This document shows, piece after piece, positions 49,657 through 59,681 of a stretch of DNA of 64,000 nucleotides. The translations under genes and the position numbers were made by a program. The stretch is from an uncultured delta proteobacterium (GTDB lineage Bacteria; Desulfobacterota; Zymogenia; Zymogenales; Zymogenaceae), in contig CAVTLK010000001.1 of the NCBI GenBank assembly GCA_963735595.1, forward strand, positions 576,001 to 640,000, in the 5' to 3' direction. Under the pieces are notes generated by a model. It had not been told where the DNA came from, ran no database searches, and worked only from the letters and a program-made list of their open reading frames with translations. Every line of letters begins with the position of its first letter. Position 1 is the first letter of the stretch.

Positions 49657-50616
49657 ATGGCAAAAGACCAAATAGAAATATCTGTAGTCATCCCGATGTA
49701 TCGGGAAGAAGAGGTTGTAGATAAGCTGTACGAAAAACTCACCGGCGCCCTCAATAAGCTGAAGAGAAGCTACGAAATTATTCTTGTCAATGACGGGAGC
49801 ACCGATAATACCCTCACAAGAATCCTGGCGCTTAATAAGAAGGACAGAAGAATTAAGGTTATTGACCTCATGGGTAATTTTGGGCAGACCGCAGCCCTTG
49901 CCGCAGGGTTCGATAACGCCGGCGGGAAACTCATCGTTACCATGGATGGCGACCTGCAGGATGATCCCGAGGATATCTCCAAATTAATCGCAAAGCTTGA
50001 AGAAGGGTACGATATTGTCAGTGGGTGGAGGAAGGAGAGAAAAGAAAGCCTCTTTATCAGGCGTATTCCCTCCCGGATCGCCAACTGGCTCCTGTCCCGG
50101 ATTTCCGGAATAGATATCCATGATTTCGGAGCGCCGCTGAAGGCGTATCGCGGCGAGGTCATTAAGGGCGTTCGCCTCTACGGGCAGTTTCATCGCTTTA
50201 TTCCCGCCATCGCCCGGGAGATGCGGGTGAGAATTGCCGAAGTCGTCGTGAGAAATTACGAGCGTCCCTACGGCCAGTCTAAATACGGCCTGAGCCGAAC
50301 TTATACCGTTTTCTTTGATCTCTTTCGGCTCAAATTCATTCTGGACTACCTCCAGAATCCCCTCAAAACCTTCGGGACGGTGGGGTTTCTCTTCTCCTCT
50401 GTGGGCTTCATCTTCTTTATCTATGTCTTTGTGGAAAAACTGGTCTTTGGTACGGAAATCATGAAAGAGCACGGCCCGATGTTCATCACGTCCATCTTTC
50501 TCATCACTGCGGGAATCAACTTTTTCACCATCGGGTTCCTGGGAGAGCTCATCATAAAAGTACTGTATGAATCCAGGGAAAAGAAAAACTACCATATCAG
50601 AAATATCTACGGGTAG
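49657..50616 (+). CDS. GT2 polyprenyl-phosphate glycosyltransferase (ArnC/GtrB-like)
   Basis: VNDGSTD, NFGQTAA, MDGDLQD, HRFIP, two C-terminal TM helices. Confidence 0.92.
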   Translation: MAKDQIEISVVIPMYREEEVVDKLYEKLTGALNKLKRSYEIILVNDGSTDNTLTRILALNKKDRRIKVIDLMGNFGQTAALAAGFDNAGGKLIVTMDGDLQDDPEDISKLIAKLEEGYDIVSGWRKERKESLFIRRIPSRIANWLLSRISGIDIHDFGAPLKAYRGEVIKGVRLYGQFHRFIPAIAREMRVRIAEVVVRNYERPYGQSKYGLSRTYTVFFDLFRLKFILDYLQNPLKTFGTVGFLFSSVGFIFFIYVFVEKLVFGTEIMKEHGPMFITSIFLITAGINFFTIGFLGELIIKVLYESREKKNYHIRNIYG

Positions 50617-50663
50617 ATGTTATCTCTTGCCCATTTTTCAAACTACTATAATATTGCCATACG

Positions 50664-51658
50664 ATGAAAATCCCTCCTTTAATCAAAACCTATGCCTTCC
50701 CCGTTGTCATCACCATCGTTTTCATCTTTTTTCTGACGAAAACCATTGACGTCAAAGAAAGCCTCGAACATTTCACCGGCATTAATACCCTGCCCCTTAT
50801 AGCCGCCTTCTTCCTATACATAATCCAGTATTTCTTCCTGGCCCTTCGATGGAGGCTGCTAACTGACAAGACAATCGGCGTCTCGCCCTTCTTTTACGTC
50901 ACCGCCATTCATACCATGACCAATAACCTCATGCCCATGAGGACGGGAGAGGTGATGTATCCGTTGCTTCTAAAGAGGTATTTTAATATCGGCTTTGGAG
51001 ATTCCACGGCAACTCTCATCTACGCCAGGATTTTCGATGTATTTGCCATGGGGGTATTCGTCCTGGTGGCCCTCGTTTTCGGATGGGACAGGCTTCATAT
51101 CTCTCTCGAGGGGCTCGGAGGCAAATCGTTTCATTTTCTTATATATGTTTTTCTATTGCTTCTTATTGTCTTCATCCTCTACAGGATATTTGCCCGCCTG
51201 ACCGGCGAAGAAAAAAGGCCGGGAACGGTTCCCTCATGGGGATGCTTAAAAACGGACTCGATTCCCTCGGCCGGGGGATGAAGCGGGTGGAAATATTTAA
51301 GGTCTCGTTGGAACTCATGCTATTGAGCCTTGCGGTCTTTTGGGCCCGCTATGCCTTTTTCATGTATACATTGATGGTCTTCGGAATCAGCGTTACCTTT
51401 CTGGAGGCGGTCCTGATGGCGTCACTTCCCATCGTTGCCGCGGTCATTCCCGCCCAGGGAATCGGCGGATACGGCACTATCGAGACGGGCTGGGTCCTGG
51501 GGTTCTTGTTGGTGGGATTAAGCAAAGAAATGGCGCTCATAGTCGGGTTCGGGATACATACGATGTACCTCGTCTTTTCCGTAGTGCTGGGGGGGATTTC
51601 CTTTCCTCTTTTGGGAATGGTCAAAAAGAGAAGGGAAGAACGGGAATCGGCGAAGTAA
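50664..51658 (+). CDS. Flippase-like LPG-synthase TM-domain (YbhN/AglD2) protein; frameshift at about 51230
   Basis: ALRWRLL, NNLMPMRTGE, RIFD; second frame IPAQGIGGYGTIE. Confidence 0.85.
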
Positions 51659-51722
51659 TGCCGGAATTATCCCGTATGTATCACTATAAACAGTACAATT
51701 AAAACGGGGTTCAGGAAACACG

Positions 51723-52685
51723 ATGAGATATTTCATTACCGGCGGGGCGGGTTTTATCGGCTCTCACCTTTCAGAAAGGCTCGTGGCCGAGGGTGGCGAG
51801 GTCATGGCCATCGACAATTTCGATCCCTATTATGATCCCGCTGTCAAACGGAGAAATATCGAGGGGCTCCTTTCTGCCGGGGGATTTTCCCTTGCCGAGG
51901 CCGATATTCGCGACCGCGCGGCTATTGAGAAGAAGATGGAGGAATTTACTCCCGATGTCATCGTTCACCTGGCGGCGAGGGCAGGCGTCCGCCCGTCGCT
52001 TCTCGATCCGCTTCTCTATCAGGACGTCAATATGATCGGGACCAACGTACTGCTGGAAGTTTCCCGGCAGATTGGCATAAAGAATTTCGTTTTCGCCTCG
52101 TCGTCGTCGATATATGGAAATTGCATCAACGTTCCCTTTTCTGAAGATGATCATTCGGCAACTCCCATCTCTCCCTACGGCGCCACGAAACGGGGCGGAG
52201 AAGTCCTCTGTGAAACCTACCATATCCTCTACGACATGAAAATTGCCTGCCTTCGGTTTTTTACCGTCTATGGCCCCCGGCAGCGGCCGGATATGGCGAT
52301 CCACAAGTTTACCAGGCTCATCGACAGCGGCGACTCCATCGAGGTCTACGCGTCCGACAACAGCGCCCGGGACTATACCTACATCGATGACATTCTTCAG
52401 GGAATCTGCGGCTCGATCGATTTCGTCTGCGAGACAAAGACTCCGGCCTACGAGGTGGTAAACCTCGGTGAATCGAGGACTGTTCCCCTCAACGAGCTGA
52501 TCGGCCTCATCGAGAAGAACCTCGGCAAAAGGGCGAAAAGGATAGAAAAGCCCCGCCAGCCCGGAGACGTGTTGACAACCTATGCCAATATCAATAAGGC
52601 TCGGCGGCTTTTCGGCTATGACCCAAAGACGCCCATAGAGGACGGGATAGAGAAATTCGTGAAGTGGTACAAGAAAAACGGGTAG
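51723..52685 (+). CDS. UDP-glucuronate 4-epimerase-like extended SDR
   Basis: GGAGFIG, HLAARAGVRPS, YGATK, RFFTVYGPRQRPDMA. Confidence 0.9.
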   Translation: MRYFITGGAGFIGSHLSERLVAEGGEVMAIDNFDPYYDPAVKRRNIEGLLSAGGFSLAEADIRDRAAIEKKMEEFTPDVIVHLAARAGVRPSLLDPLLYQDVNMIGTNVLLEVSRQIGIKNFVFASSSSIYGNCINVPFSEDDHSATPISPYGATKRGGEVLCETYHILYDMKIACLRFFTVYGPRQRPDMAIHKFTRLIDSGDSIEVYASDNSARDYTYIDDILQGICGSIDFVCETKTPAYEVVNLGESRTVPLNELIGLIEKNLGKRAKRIEKPRQPGDVLTTYANINKARRLFGYDPKTPIEDGIEKFVKWYKKNG

Positions 52686-52728
52686 CTTTTAAGAGTGTAA
52701 ACCCTTTATATTAATTGCCTTTTCATCT

Positions 52729-54051
52729 TTAACTGCGGGGGCTTCTTGAAACGTCTTTTCCACGTGGACGTTTCTTATTAAGCCCGTTGGACACGACTTG
52801 TGAGAGCACCGCGAAGTCGAAGGGCTTTTCGATGTAGTCCAACGCCCCGAGCCTCAGCGCTGCGATCGCCGAATCTTTTCCGCCCTTTCCGGTGATCACT
52901 ACCACCTGCGTTTGCGGGTTCAAGGCCTTTACCCTTCTCAGCACCTCAATACCATGCCGCTTCGGCATAGCGATATCAACGATGACGACATCATAGTTCC
53001 CGTTCCCGAAACAATCCAGGGCTTCCTGGCCGTCGCGCGCGGTATCTACATGGAGGAAACCGTCTTCTCTGAGGTACTCGGCGACTGTTGTCCTGATCCC
53101 CTCTTCGTCATCCACGACCAGCACCGCGGCCTCCCGCACGTTCGATTCTTTGCTATACGGCGCGGCGCCCTGTTTCTCGCGGCCCTTTTCTTTCCGGGCC
53201 GGGCCCTTATCTACTCCTTCCCTTTCTTCTGCTGAATAGAGATCTTCGAGTCTTTTCCCGTGTCCCTTAAGTTCGAGGATCATGTTTTCGTACTGAATCG
53301 TCCTCCATGAGTATCCCCGGAAATTGTCGTGAAAGCTGGAGAAGAGGGTGTGGATATGTCCCTCCTGTTGGATTGCATAGTCGACGATCTCCCGGCCACC
53401 CGCATCAGCGGGGATCGGCGAATTGTATATTCCGTATCGGCCGACTCGCTCGTCCATCCAATCGAGGACTTTTATGTCCGGGGCCTTAGGAGACCAGCGC
53501 GTTAACAGCGACTCAACCTCCCGGGCGTGCATACGCTTTTCCGCCGCCAATCGGTTACAGAGTTCTCTGACGCTCGTACCAGTGCTGTTTCCGGCCGCTT
53601 CTTCAAACAGGAGACTACCCCGCGCGTGTACCTTGGCCAGCACGCCCATGATATCGCGTAACGAGATCTCATGAGGAGACGGGCCGTTCCCCTGATGATC
53701 TTTCGTAACGATACCGTTCTGCGGTGGAATAACGTCGTTCTTTTCCGCCCCTTTGTGCCGAAGCGCTATCGACTTCTCAACATACAGAAACAAGGAGGCC
53801 AATCCCGTCCCGAAGAAAAGCCCCAGCAGGTCGGCGGCGATATCATCGGCAGAGATCTCCGTATCTAATAGAATCTCTTTTCCCACCATGAATGAGAATG
53901 AAAGTACGCCGACGAATATGAGAGTCTTGTACCATTGAGCGCGGTGCCCCCGCCAATACGGATAGAGTATCAGCGCCCAGCCTAAAGGAACGAGCAGGGC
54001 AAGCAGACCGTGATAGAAGATGGTAACGTCGCTATATGGCGCACTGCCCAT
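52729..54051 (-). CDS. Membrane response regulator: VanZ-like TM region + ferritin-like domain + REC
   Basis: GGAGG SD; 3 TM helices; LAAEKRMH/AIQQE/LELKGH helices; REC with VDDE, D, TG, KP. Confidence 0.82.
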   Translation of the reverse strand: MGSAPYSDVTIFYHGLLALLVPLGWALILYPYWRGHRAQWYKTLIFVGVLSFSFMVGKEILLDTEISADDIAADLLGLFFGTGLASLFLYVEKSIALRHKGAEKNDVIPPQNGIVTKDHQGNGPSPHEISLRDIMGVLAKVHARGSLLFEEAAGNSTGTSVRELCNRLAAEKRMHAREVESLLTRWSPKAPDIKVLDWMDERVGRYGIYNSPIPADAGGREIVDYAIQQEGHIHTLFSSFHDNFRGYSWRTIQYENMILELKGHGKRLEDLYSAEEREGVDKGPARKEKGREKQGAAPYSKESNVREAAVLVVDDEEGIRTTVAEYLREDGFLHVDTARDGQEALDCFGNGNYDVVIVDIAMPKRHGIEVLRRVKALNPQTQVVVITGKGGKDSAIAALRLGALDYIEKPFDFAVLSQVVSNGLNKKRPRGKDVSRSPRS

Positions 54052-54291
54052 TCGTTTGGCCTCCTATCCCGGGACGGCGGGGTTGGGAACAACCCGGATT
54101 GGCTTATCCTTCCAAGGAAAGCGAAAACCGGCCTGTATCATCGGGGTATCCCGTTTCCGGCGAATTCCACTCCCTCAAGTGCTGAAGGACTTTCGATCGG
54201 TACGTGAATCGGGGCGACCCCCGAATACAATATTGGCTCTTTGGCACGGGAGGTATACGTATTACCTCCGAATTTTTGTATCCCGGTGTGC

Positions 54292-57200
54292 TTAGCGTCG
54301 GTCTTCCCCAATCCGCTCGATCTCCTCCGCAAGCGAGTTCAGAATGAACCGGATTACTTCGTCATTGCGTTCTTTCGCGGCTGCCTCTATCTGTCTGCCG
54401 ATGATGCTGATCTTTTCTCTCCCGAAAGCCCCTCCGGTACCCTTCAGGTCGTGCCCTATTCGAGAGAGGGCCTCATAATCCCGATTGTCGGCCGCCTGCG
54501 ACAACTCACCGTATCTTTCGGGAAGACTCTCATCAAACTCCTTGAATATCTCCATGAGTTCTTCACTGACTGCCGGCTCGTCCTGTCGGCTATCGGGTGA
54601 AACGGCAGCCGGTATTCCCTGCACTACGTGAACGGTGATTTCACGGATTAGATCCTCTTTTTTCACCGGCTTGGTAAGATACCCGTCGAATCCGGCGGTA
54701 AGGATTTTTTCTTTCTCTCCCTTCATCGCATGGGCGGTAAGGGCAATAATGGGAATGTGGCTCACACGTTTATCTGATTTGATCAGGCGTGTCGCCTCAT
54801 AGCCGTCCATAACCGGCATCTGGATATCCATAAGAATGAGGTCAAACGATCCCGGTTCGACCATCTGCACAGCCTCGCGCCCGTTTGTCGCGGTCTTTAT
54901 CTCATAATTTTCCTTGAGAAGTATCCTCAATATCAGTTTACGGTTTAATTCGTTATCCTCGACCAGGAGTATGACCGCCTTCCGCCCCAGTCCCGAGTGT
55001 ATATATTTCCTGTGCGGTACGGCCGGCATCTTGAATTTGTTAATGATCTGCTCGATCTGGGACAGAACCATTCGCGAGCTAAGCTGGCTTTCATCCAGTA
55101 GTGAGTGCGTGATCCCTTCCAACTTCGCTGTGTCCTGTTCGGTTATCGGCTTTCCCGTGATGAAGACTACCGGGACATCGCGTATCGCAGATTCATGCTT
55201 GAGCAACAGGAGAAAATCGAAGCCGGTCGTCTTCTCCAGGAATACATCAAGGATAATGAGGTCCACTTCGTTACCGTCTTTCAGGTACGCGAGAGCGTCC
55301 GCCGGATCAGAAAAGGGGACGGAGACAAAGCCCTCTTCGCGTAACATCTCGGCCAAGAAATCGAGAACGGGCTGATCATCATCGATGATGAGAATCCTTA
55401 TTCTTTTTTCCACGCCTACGAACCTTCCGAGCGTTACTATCTTATTGATCAACGCTTCACCGACAATCGGCTTCTGGACGTAATCGATGGCTCCGAGAGA
55501 TATTGCTTTCTCCTTCTCCGATAATACGGAAATGACTACCACCGGTATATCGGCGGTCTTTTCGTTCTGCTTCAGTCGCTGAAGCACTTCCCATCCGGAA
55601 ATACCGGGCAGCATAATATCCAGAATAATGAGGGACGGGTTATGCTTAATAACAAGAGGCAGGACCTCTTTGCCGTTGGATGTGGTAAACACGGAAAAAC
55701 CATTATTCTCGAACAGATGCCGATAGAGCTTTAAGGTAAGAGGATCATCCTCTACAATAATAATTGTATTTGCGGGCTCCCGACCGGTCTCGGGATACCT
55801 CGGTTTGGGAAGCTGCACCGGTATTTGGAACGTAAAGACGCTGCCCTTCCCCTCCTCGGAAGATACATCGATCTCTCCCCCGAGCAACTCTACCAGCCTT
55901 TTCGCGATAAAGAGCCCCAGGCCGGTCCCGCCGTATTTGCGTGTCGTGAGCGCGTCGGCCTGTGTAAAGGGATCGAAGATGAGGTCAATCTTTTCACCGG
56001 GTATCCCGCAACCGGTATCCCTGACTGAAACGAAAATCCGTGTAGTTTCCTCATCAATCGTATCCGCGCGAACCGATATAAAAACGCCTCCCTCTTCGGT
56101 AAATTTCACGGCGTTTGAGACCAGGTTAACGAGAATCTGCCTGAGCTTGTCGGAATCACTGATGATCTTGGTCGGTGTATCCTGGTCAATTGTGAGATCC
56201 AGTTCTATTCCCTTTTCCCGGGCCTTCAGTCGTGTTATGGACACAACGCTGTTAAGAAGCTCAAAGAGGAAAAATTCCTCACTATTGATACTGGTTGCGC
56301 CGGATTCGATCTTGGACAGGTCCAAGATCTCGTTTATGAGATTAAGCAGCGTCTGCCCGCTTTCGTAGATCGCCTTGACGGATTCCCTCTCCTCTTCGGA
56401 CAGGTCTTCTTCCATCAGAAGCTCCGAAAAGCCGAGAATGGCATTCATCGGCGTCCTGATTTCGTGCGACATATTAGCGAGAAACTGGCTTTTGGCCATA
56501 CTGGCTTGTTCGGCACTGACCTTGGCTTCTTCTAGTTCGTTCAACAGTTTCCTTTTTTCCGATACGTCCCGTATGATACCCTGATACCCGACGATGTTGC
56601 CCGAATCATCTTTCCTCACTACCGCCGTCTCAAGACACTCAACGGGAGTCCCGTTCCTTTTCTTGTACAGTACTTCGAAATCTCGTACATATTCCTTGCT
56701 CTGTATCTCTTTTTCGAACGCCGCCCTATCGCCGCTAACGGCGTACAGATTGCGCGCATCGAGGGACATTAGTTCATTCTCCGAGTAGCCGAATAACGCA
56801 ATCCCCGCAGGATTAATATCGGTTATCTTTCCATCAACGTCCGATATATAGATAGCGTCTCTGGAAGTCATGAATATTCCCAGCCACTTAACCTCCGAGC
56901 TCCTTAATTCTATCGTCCTGTCAAAAAGGAGTTTATTTAACTCCTCCAGCTTCGTTTCCGCCTCCTTCCTTTTCGAGATATCAATGCCGACACCGGTCAG
57001 GAAGTGGTCGCCGCCAACCTGCACATCCGCGACCGACAGTAAGAACGGGATCTTTCCGCCGCCTCGTGATATGAGATTTGTCTCCACTGTAGACTGCGCA
57101 TCTGTTGAAACCTCGTTAATCCGTTTTGCTATCTCATCGCGTTTCTCCGTGTCAAAATAGTCAAAGAAACTCATCTTCGATATTTCCGTGTTGGAGTATC

Positions 57201-58086
57201 CCGATATTATTTCGAGGTTATTATTCCATCGGAGAACATTCAGCTGGTCGTCTAACAGGTAGAAGATGACGGGCAAGCTGTTGACGATCGACTCAAAAAA
57301 ATCTTTTTCTTTCCGTAGTTCATGTTCGGCTTTCTTTCTGAGCGAGATATCCCGGGCAATTCCCAGTACGAGGTTTTCACCACGAATCGCTACCGGGTAC
57401 GTGCGTACCTCCACATATATCTCGCTTCCGTCCCTTCGTATCACTGCCAGCTCGTCCGGGCCTGTGGGAAGACCCTGGATATTTTTTGCGAGGATCTCGG
57501 CCCCTTTCTCGGCCTGATCCTCACCAAATACATTAAGCTGCCGAAAAGTCCTCCCGATGAAGTCCGCCTTGCTACCGCCGATCATGGCCTGCGCCGCCTT
57601 ATTTGCGTCGACTATCCTGCCTTTGAGATCACTGAGGTAGTACGCATCCGGCGCGTCTTCAAAGAGCACTCTCAGTCTCTCTTCGGAATCCCTTATCTCC
57701 CGGTCTCTCGCCTTATGCTCGGATATATCCCGACAGATCCCGATCGAGTACCTGAACTCATCTTTCTGAACTATTGATACGGATAGTTCGACATCAAATT
57801 CCGAACCGTCTTTCCTCTTTGCCTCCAGCTGCACCGTCTTGCCTATGACCGAACCGCTCCCGGTTTTGCTGAAGATATCCAGGCCCTTCTTCTTGTCCTT
57901 TTTATATCGGTCCGGGACAATAAAACCAATAAGCGGCCTATCGATGACATCCTCGTATGAATACCCGAACATCGATTCTGCGGCCGAATTCCACAAAATA
58001 ACGTTAAAGGATTCGTCGATGACCACGATCGCGTCAACCGAGTTGTCAACTATTTCTTGATATGGTAGGTTGTGTTTCATTTTCAC
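54292..58086 (-). CDS. Hybrid histidine kinase (4 PAS, HisKA, HATPase, 3 REC, Hpt)
   Basis: FLANMSHEIRTP, NAVKFT, DTGCG, GGTGLGL, three REC domains, GHDLKGTG Hpt. Confidence 0.95.
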   Translation of the reverse strand: MKMKHNLPYQEIVDNSVDAIVVIDESFNVILWNSAAESMFGYSYEDVIDRPLIGFIVPDRYKKDKKKGLDIFSKTGSGSVIGKTVQLEAKRKDGSEFDVELSVSIVQKDEFRYSIGICRDISEHKARDREIRDSEERLRVLFEDAPDAYYLSDLKGRIVDANKAAQAMIGGSKADFIGRTFRQLNVFGEDQAEKGAEILAKNIQGLPTGPDELAVIRRDGSEIYVEVRTYPVAIRGENLVLGIARDISLRKKAEHELRKEKDFFESIVNSLPVIFYLLDDQLNVLRWNNNLEIISGYSNTEISKMSFFDYFDTEKRDEIAKRINEVSTDAQSTVETNLISRGGGKIPFLLSVADVQVGGDHFLTGVGIDISKRKEAETKLEELNKLLFDRTIELRSSEVKWLGIFMTSRDAIYISDVDGKITDINPAGIALFGYSENELMSLDARNLYAVSGDRAAFEKEIQSKEYVRDFEVLYKKRNGTPVECLETAVVRKDDSGNIVGYQGIIRDVSEKRKLLNELEEAKVSAEQASMAKSQFLANMSHEIRTPMNAILGFSELLMEEDLSEEERESVKAIYESGQTLLNLINEILDLSKIESGATSINSEEFFLFELLNSVVSITRLKAREKGIELDLTIDQDTPTKIISDSDKLRQILVNLVSNAVKFTEEGGVFISVRADTIDEETTRIFVSVRDTGCGIPGEKIDLIFDPFTQADALTTRKYGGTGLGLFIAKRLVELLGGEIDVSSEEGKGSVFTFQIPVQLPKPRYPETGREPANTIIIVEDDPLTLKLYRHLFENNGFSVFTTSNGKEVLPLVIKHNPSLIILDIMLPGISGWEVLQRLKQNEKTADIPVVVISVLSEKEKAISLGAIDYVQKPIVGEALINKIVTLGRFVGVEKRIRILIIDDDQPVLDFLAEMLREEGFVSVPFSDPADALAYLKDGNEVDLIILDVFLEKTTGFDFLLLLKHESAIRDVPVVFITGKPITEQDTAKLEGITHSLLDESQLSSRMVLSQIEQIINKFKMPAVPHRKYIHSGLGRKAVILLVEDNELNRKLILRILLKENYEIKTATNGREAVQMVEPGSFDLILMDIQMPVMDGYEATRLIKSDKRVSHIPIIALTAHAMKGEKEKILTAGFDGYLTKPVKKEDLIREITVHVVQGIPAAVSPDSRQDEPAVSEELMEIFKEFDESLPERYGELSQAADNRDYEALSRIGHDLKGTGGAFGREKISIIGRQIEAAAKERNDEVIRFILNSLAEEIERIGEDRR

Positions 58087-59627
58087 GTCTTCTGATCAAA
58101 CAGTAGTTTCAATTCCATGGCCTGCCGGACTATTTTGTTCAGTGCGCTGAAGTCAATCGGCTTTTCAATTAAACGGTGGGCTCCCAGTCTGAGGGCCGCC
58201 ACGGCCGCATCTTTATCGGCATGGCCCGTTATTATGATAACCTGGGAATGGGGGGACAATATCTTAACGTATCCGAGGACTTCAATGCCGTTTCGTTTTG
58301 GCATGACGATATCGGTAATCACCACGTCGTGCTTTTTCTCCGTAAACAGCGTTATTGCTTCCTGGCCGTCTTTGGCCAAATCAATGTGCGTAAATCCTTC
58401 GGTGCGCATAAACCCTTCCCCAAGCCTGCGTATCTCCGGCTCATCATCCACAAAAAGGATCTGCGCGTTCAGAATATCGGACTCGTCCTTGAACGAAACC
58501 GACCCTTTCCTGATGAGCTGACTGAGCAGCTCCTCTCGTACCGAGGCAAGCTGTTCCTTTTCGAGAAAGGCTTGCCGTTTGCCGTAGATGTTCTCGATAT
58601 TAAATGCTATTTCTTCAATGAACTGCGTAAGTAGCTGGCCCTTGTCACCCCTTCCCGGTAGTTCCATTTTCGGCTTCGGGATGAAATACGATGCCCCGAG
58701 GAAACTCGTCTCTATCTTCAGCTCCGCATCGTCCGAACCCGTCGTGATGACCACCGGTATCGATGGGAAGTTGCGGCTGATATACTTGAGAAGATCCATC
58801 CCCCCATAGACGTCCTTGTCGTCGTAGAGACCCGCCATCACCAAATCCAGAATTATGACCGGAGATACCCGTTCCATGTCGATCTGCTGAATTCTCTTCA
58901 GTGCGTCCTTTACGTTGTCGTACGCTTCCACATCGAAGCCGAAAGCGGTTAGCCCGTCGGTTATTATCCGTCGGATAAGCAGCTCATCTTCGACAACAAT
59001 AACTATCTCACGGGGTTTAAACGTTGTGAGGCTCTTTGCTACTTTCGATAACGTTTCGCTGATATCCTGCTCATATCCTCCCGGGGGTTTTGAACTTAGG
59101 CCGGTAAAGGCATTTTCCAGCTCATCGTCAAGCTCATCGATGGAGTCGTCGACCTTATTGAGGAAGTCATCGATATCTACCATCGGCACGGCCGCATCAT
59201 CCGCCGTGTCACCTGCCTTGAAACGATATATGCCTTCCCAAAAGAGCATCCCAAACAAAGCCTCTTCGCTTAGACCCCTTAGGATATCAGACAATGTATC
59301 TGTCGATAAACAACCCTCATCAATGAGCAGCTTCTCCAATCGGTAATGGGGATTGTTTTTCTGTTTCTCCTCCACTATCCGTAATTCATTTTCCGTGATT
59401 ATTCCCCGCTTCAGGATCTCCTCGCTCACCTTTTTCTTCAGCAATGGGGTCGTCGCGGAGACAATATCGCCCCTGTTGATCGTAATGGTCCCGAAACCTT
59501 CTCTCGCCTTTATAAGGAGCTTGCCCGTCTGCCTGTCTTGTTTGACGGCCCTCAGCAGCGATTGAAGGGTCCCCGCTTTCAGTTTCCCCGACGTTATCTC
59601 CTCGGATTGCTTAACCCTTTTTTCCAC
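58083..59627 (-). CDS. DUF4388/PATAN-domain protein with two REC domains
   Basis: GKL...LQSLL...QTGKL...GDIV, FWEGIYRF; two receiver domains. Confidence 0.85.
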   Translation of the reverse strand: MEKRVKQSEEITSGKLKAGTLQSLLRAVKQDRQTGKLLIKAREGFGTITINRGDIVSATTPLLKKKVSEEILKRGIITENELRIVEEKQKNNPHYRLEKLLIDEGCLSTDTLSDILRGLSEEALFGMLFWEGIYRFKAGDTADDAAVPMVDIDDFLNKVDDSIDELDDELENAFTGLSSKPPGGYEQDISETLSKVAKSLTTFKPREIVIVVEDELLIRRIITDGLTAFGFDVEAYDNVKDALKRIQQIDMERVSPVIILDLVMAGLYDDKDVYGGMDLLKYISRNFPSIPVVITTGSDDAELKIETSFLGASYFIPKPKMELPGRGDKGQLLTQFIEEIAFNIENIYGKRQAFLEKEQLASVREELLSQLIRKGSVSFKDESDILNAQILFVDDEPEIRRLGEGFMRTEGFTHIDLAKDGQEAITLFTEKKHDVVITDIVMPKRNGIEVLGYVKILSPHSQVIIITGHADKDAAVAALRLGAHRLIEKPIDFSALNKIVRQAMELKLLFDQKT

Positions 59628-59681
59628 GACTTAATCCCGTATCCTTTCGTTGCGGCGCTCTATCTATCGCCCCTCGGAATC

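Noticed and set aside
54052..54291. Riboswitch or sigma54 promoter before the REC fusion gene
   Set aside because: Only isolated hairpins; no c-di-GMP consensus seen, and the TGGCAC lacks a -12 TTGC and faces the wrong way.
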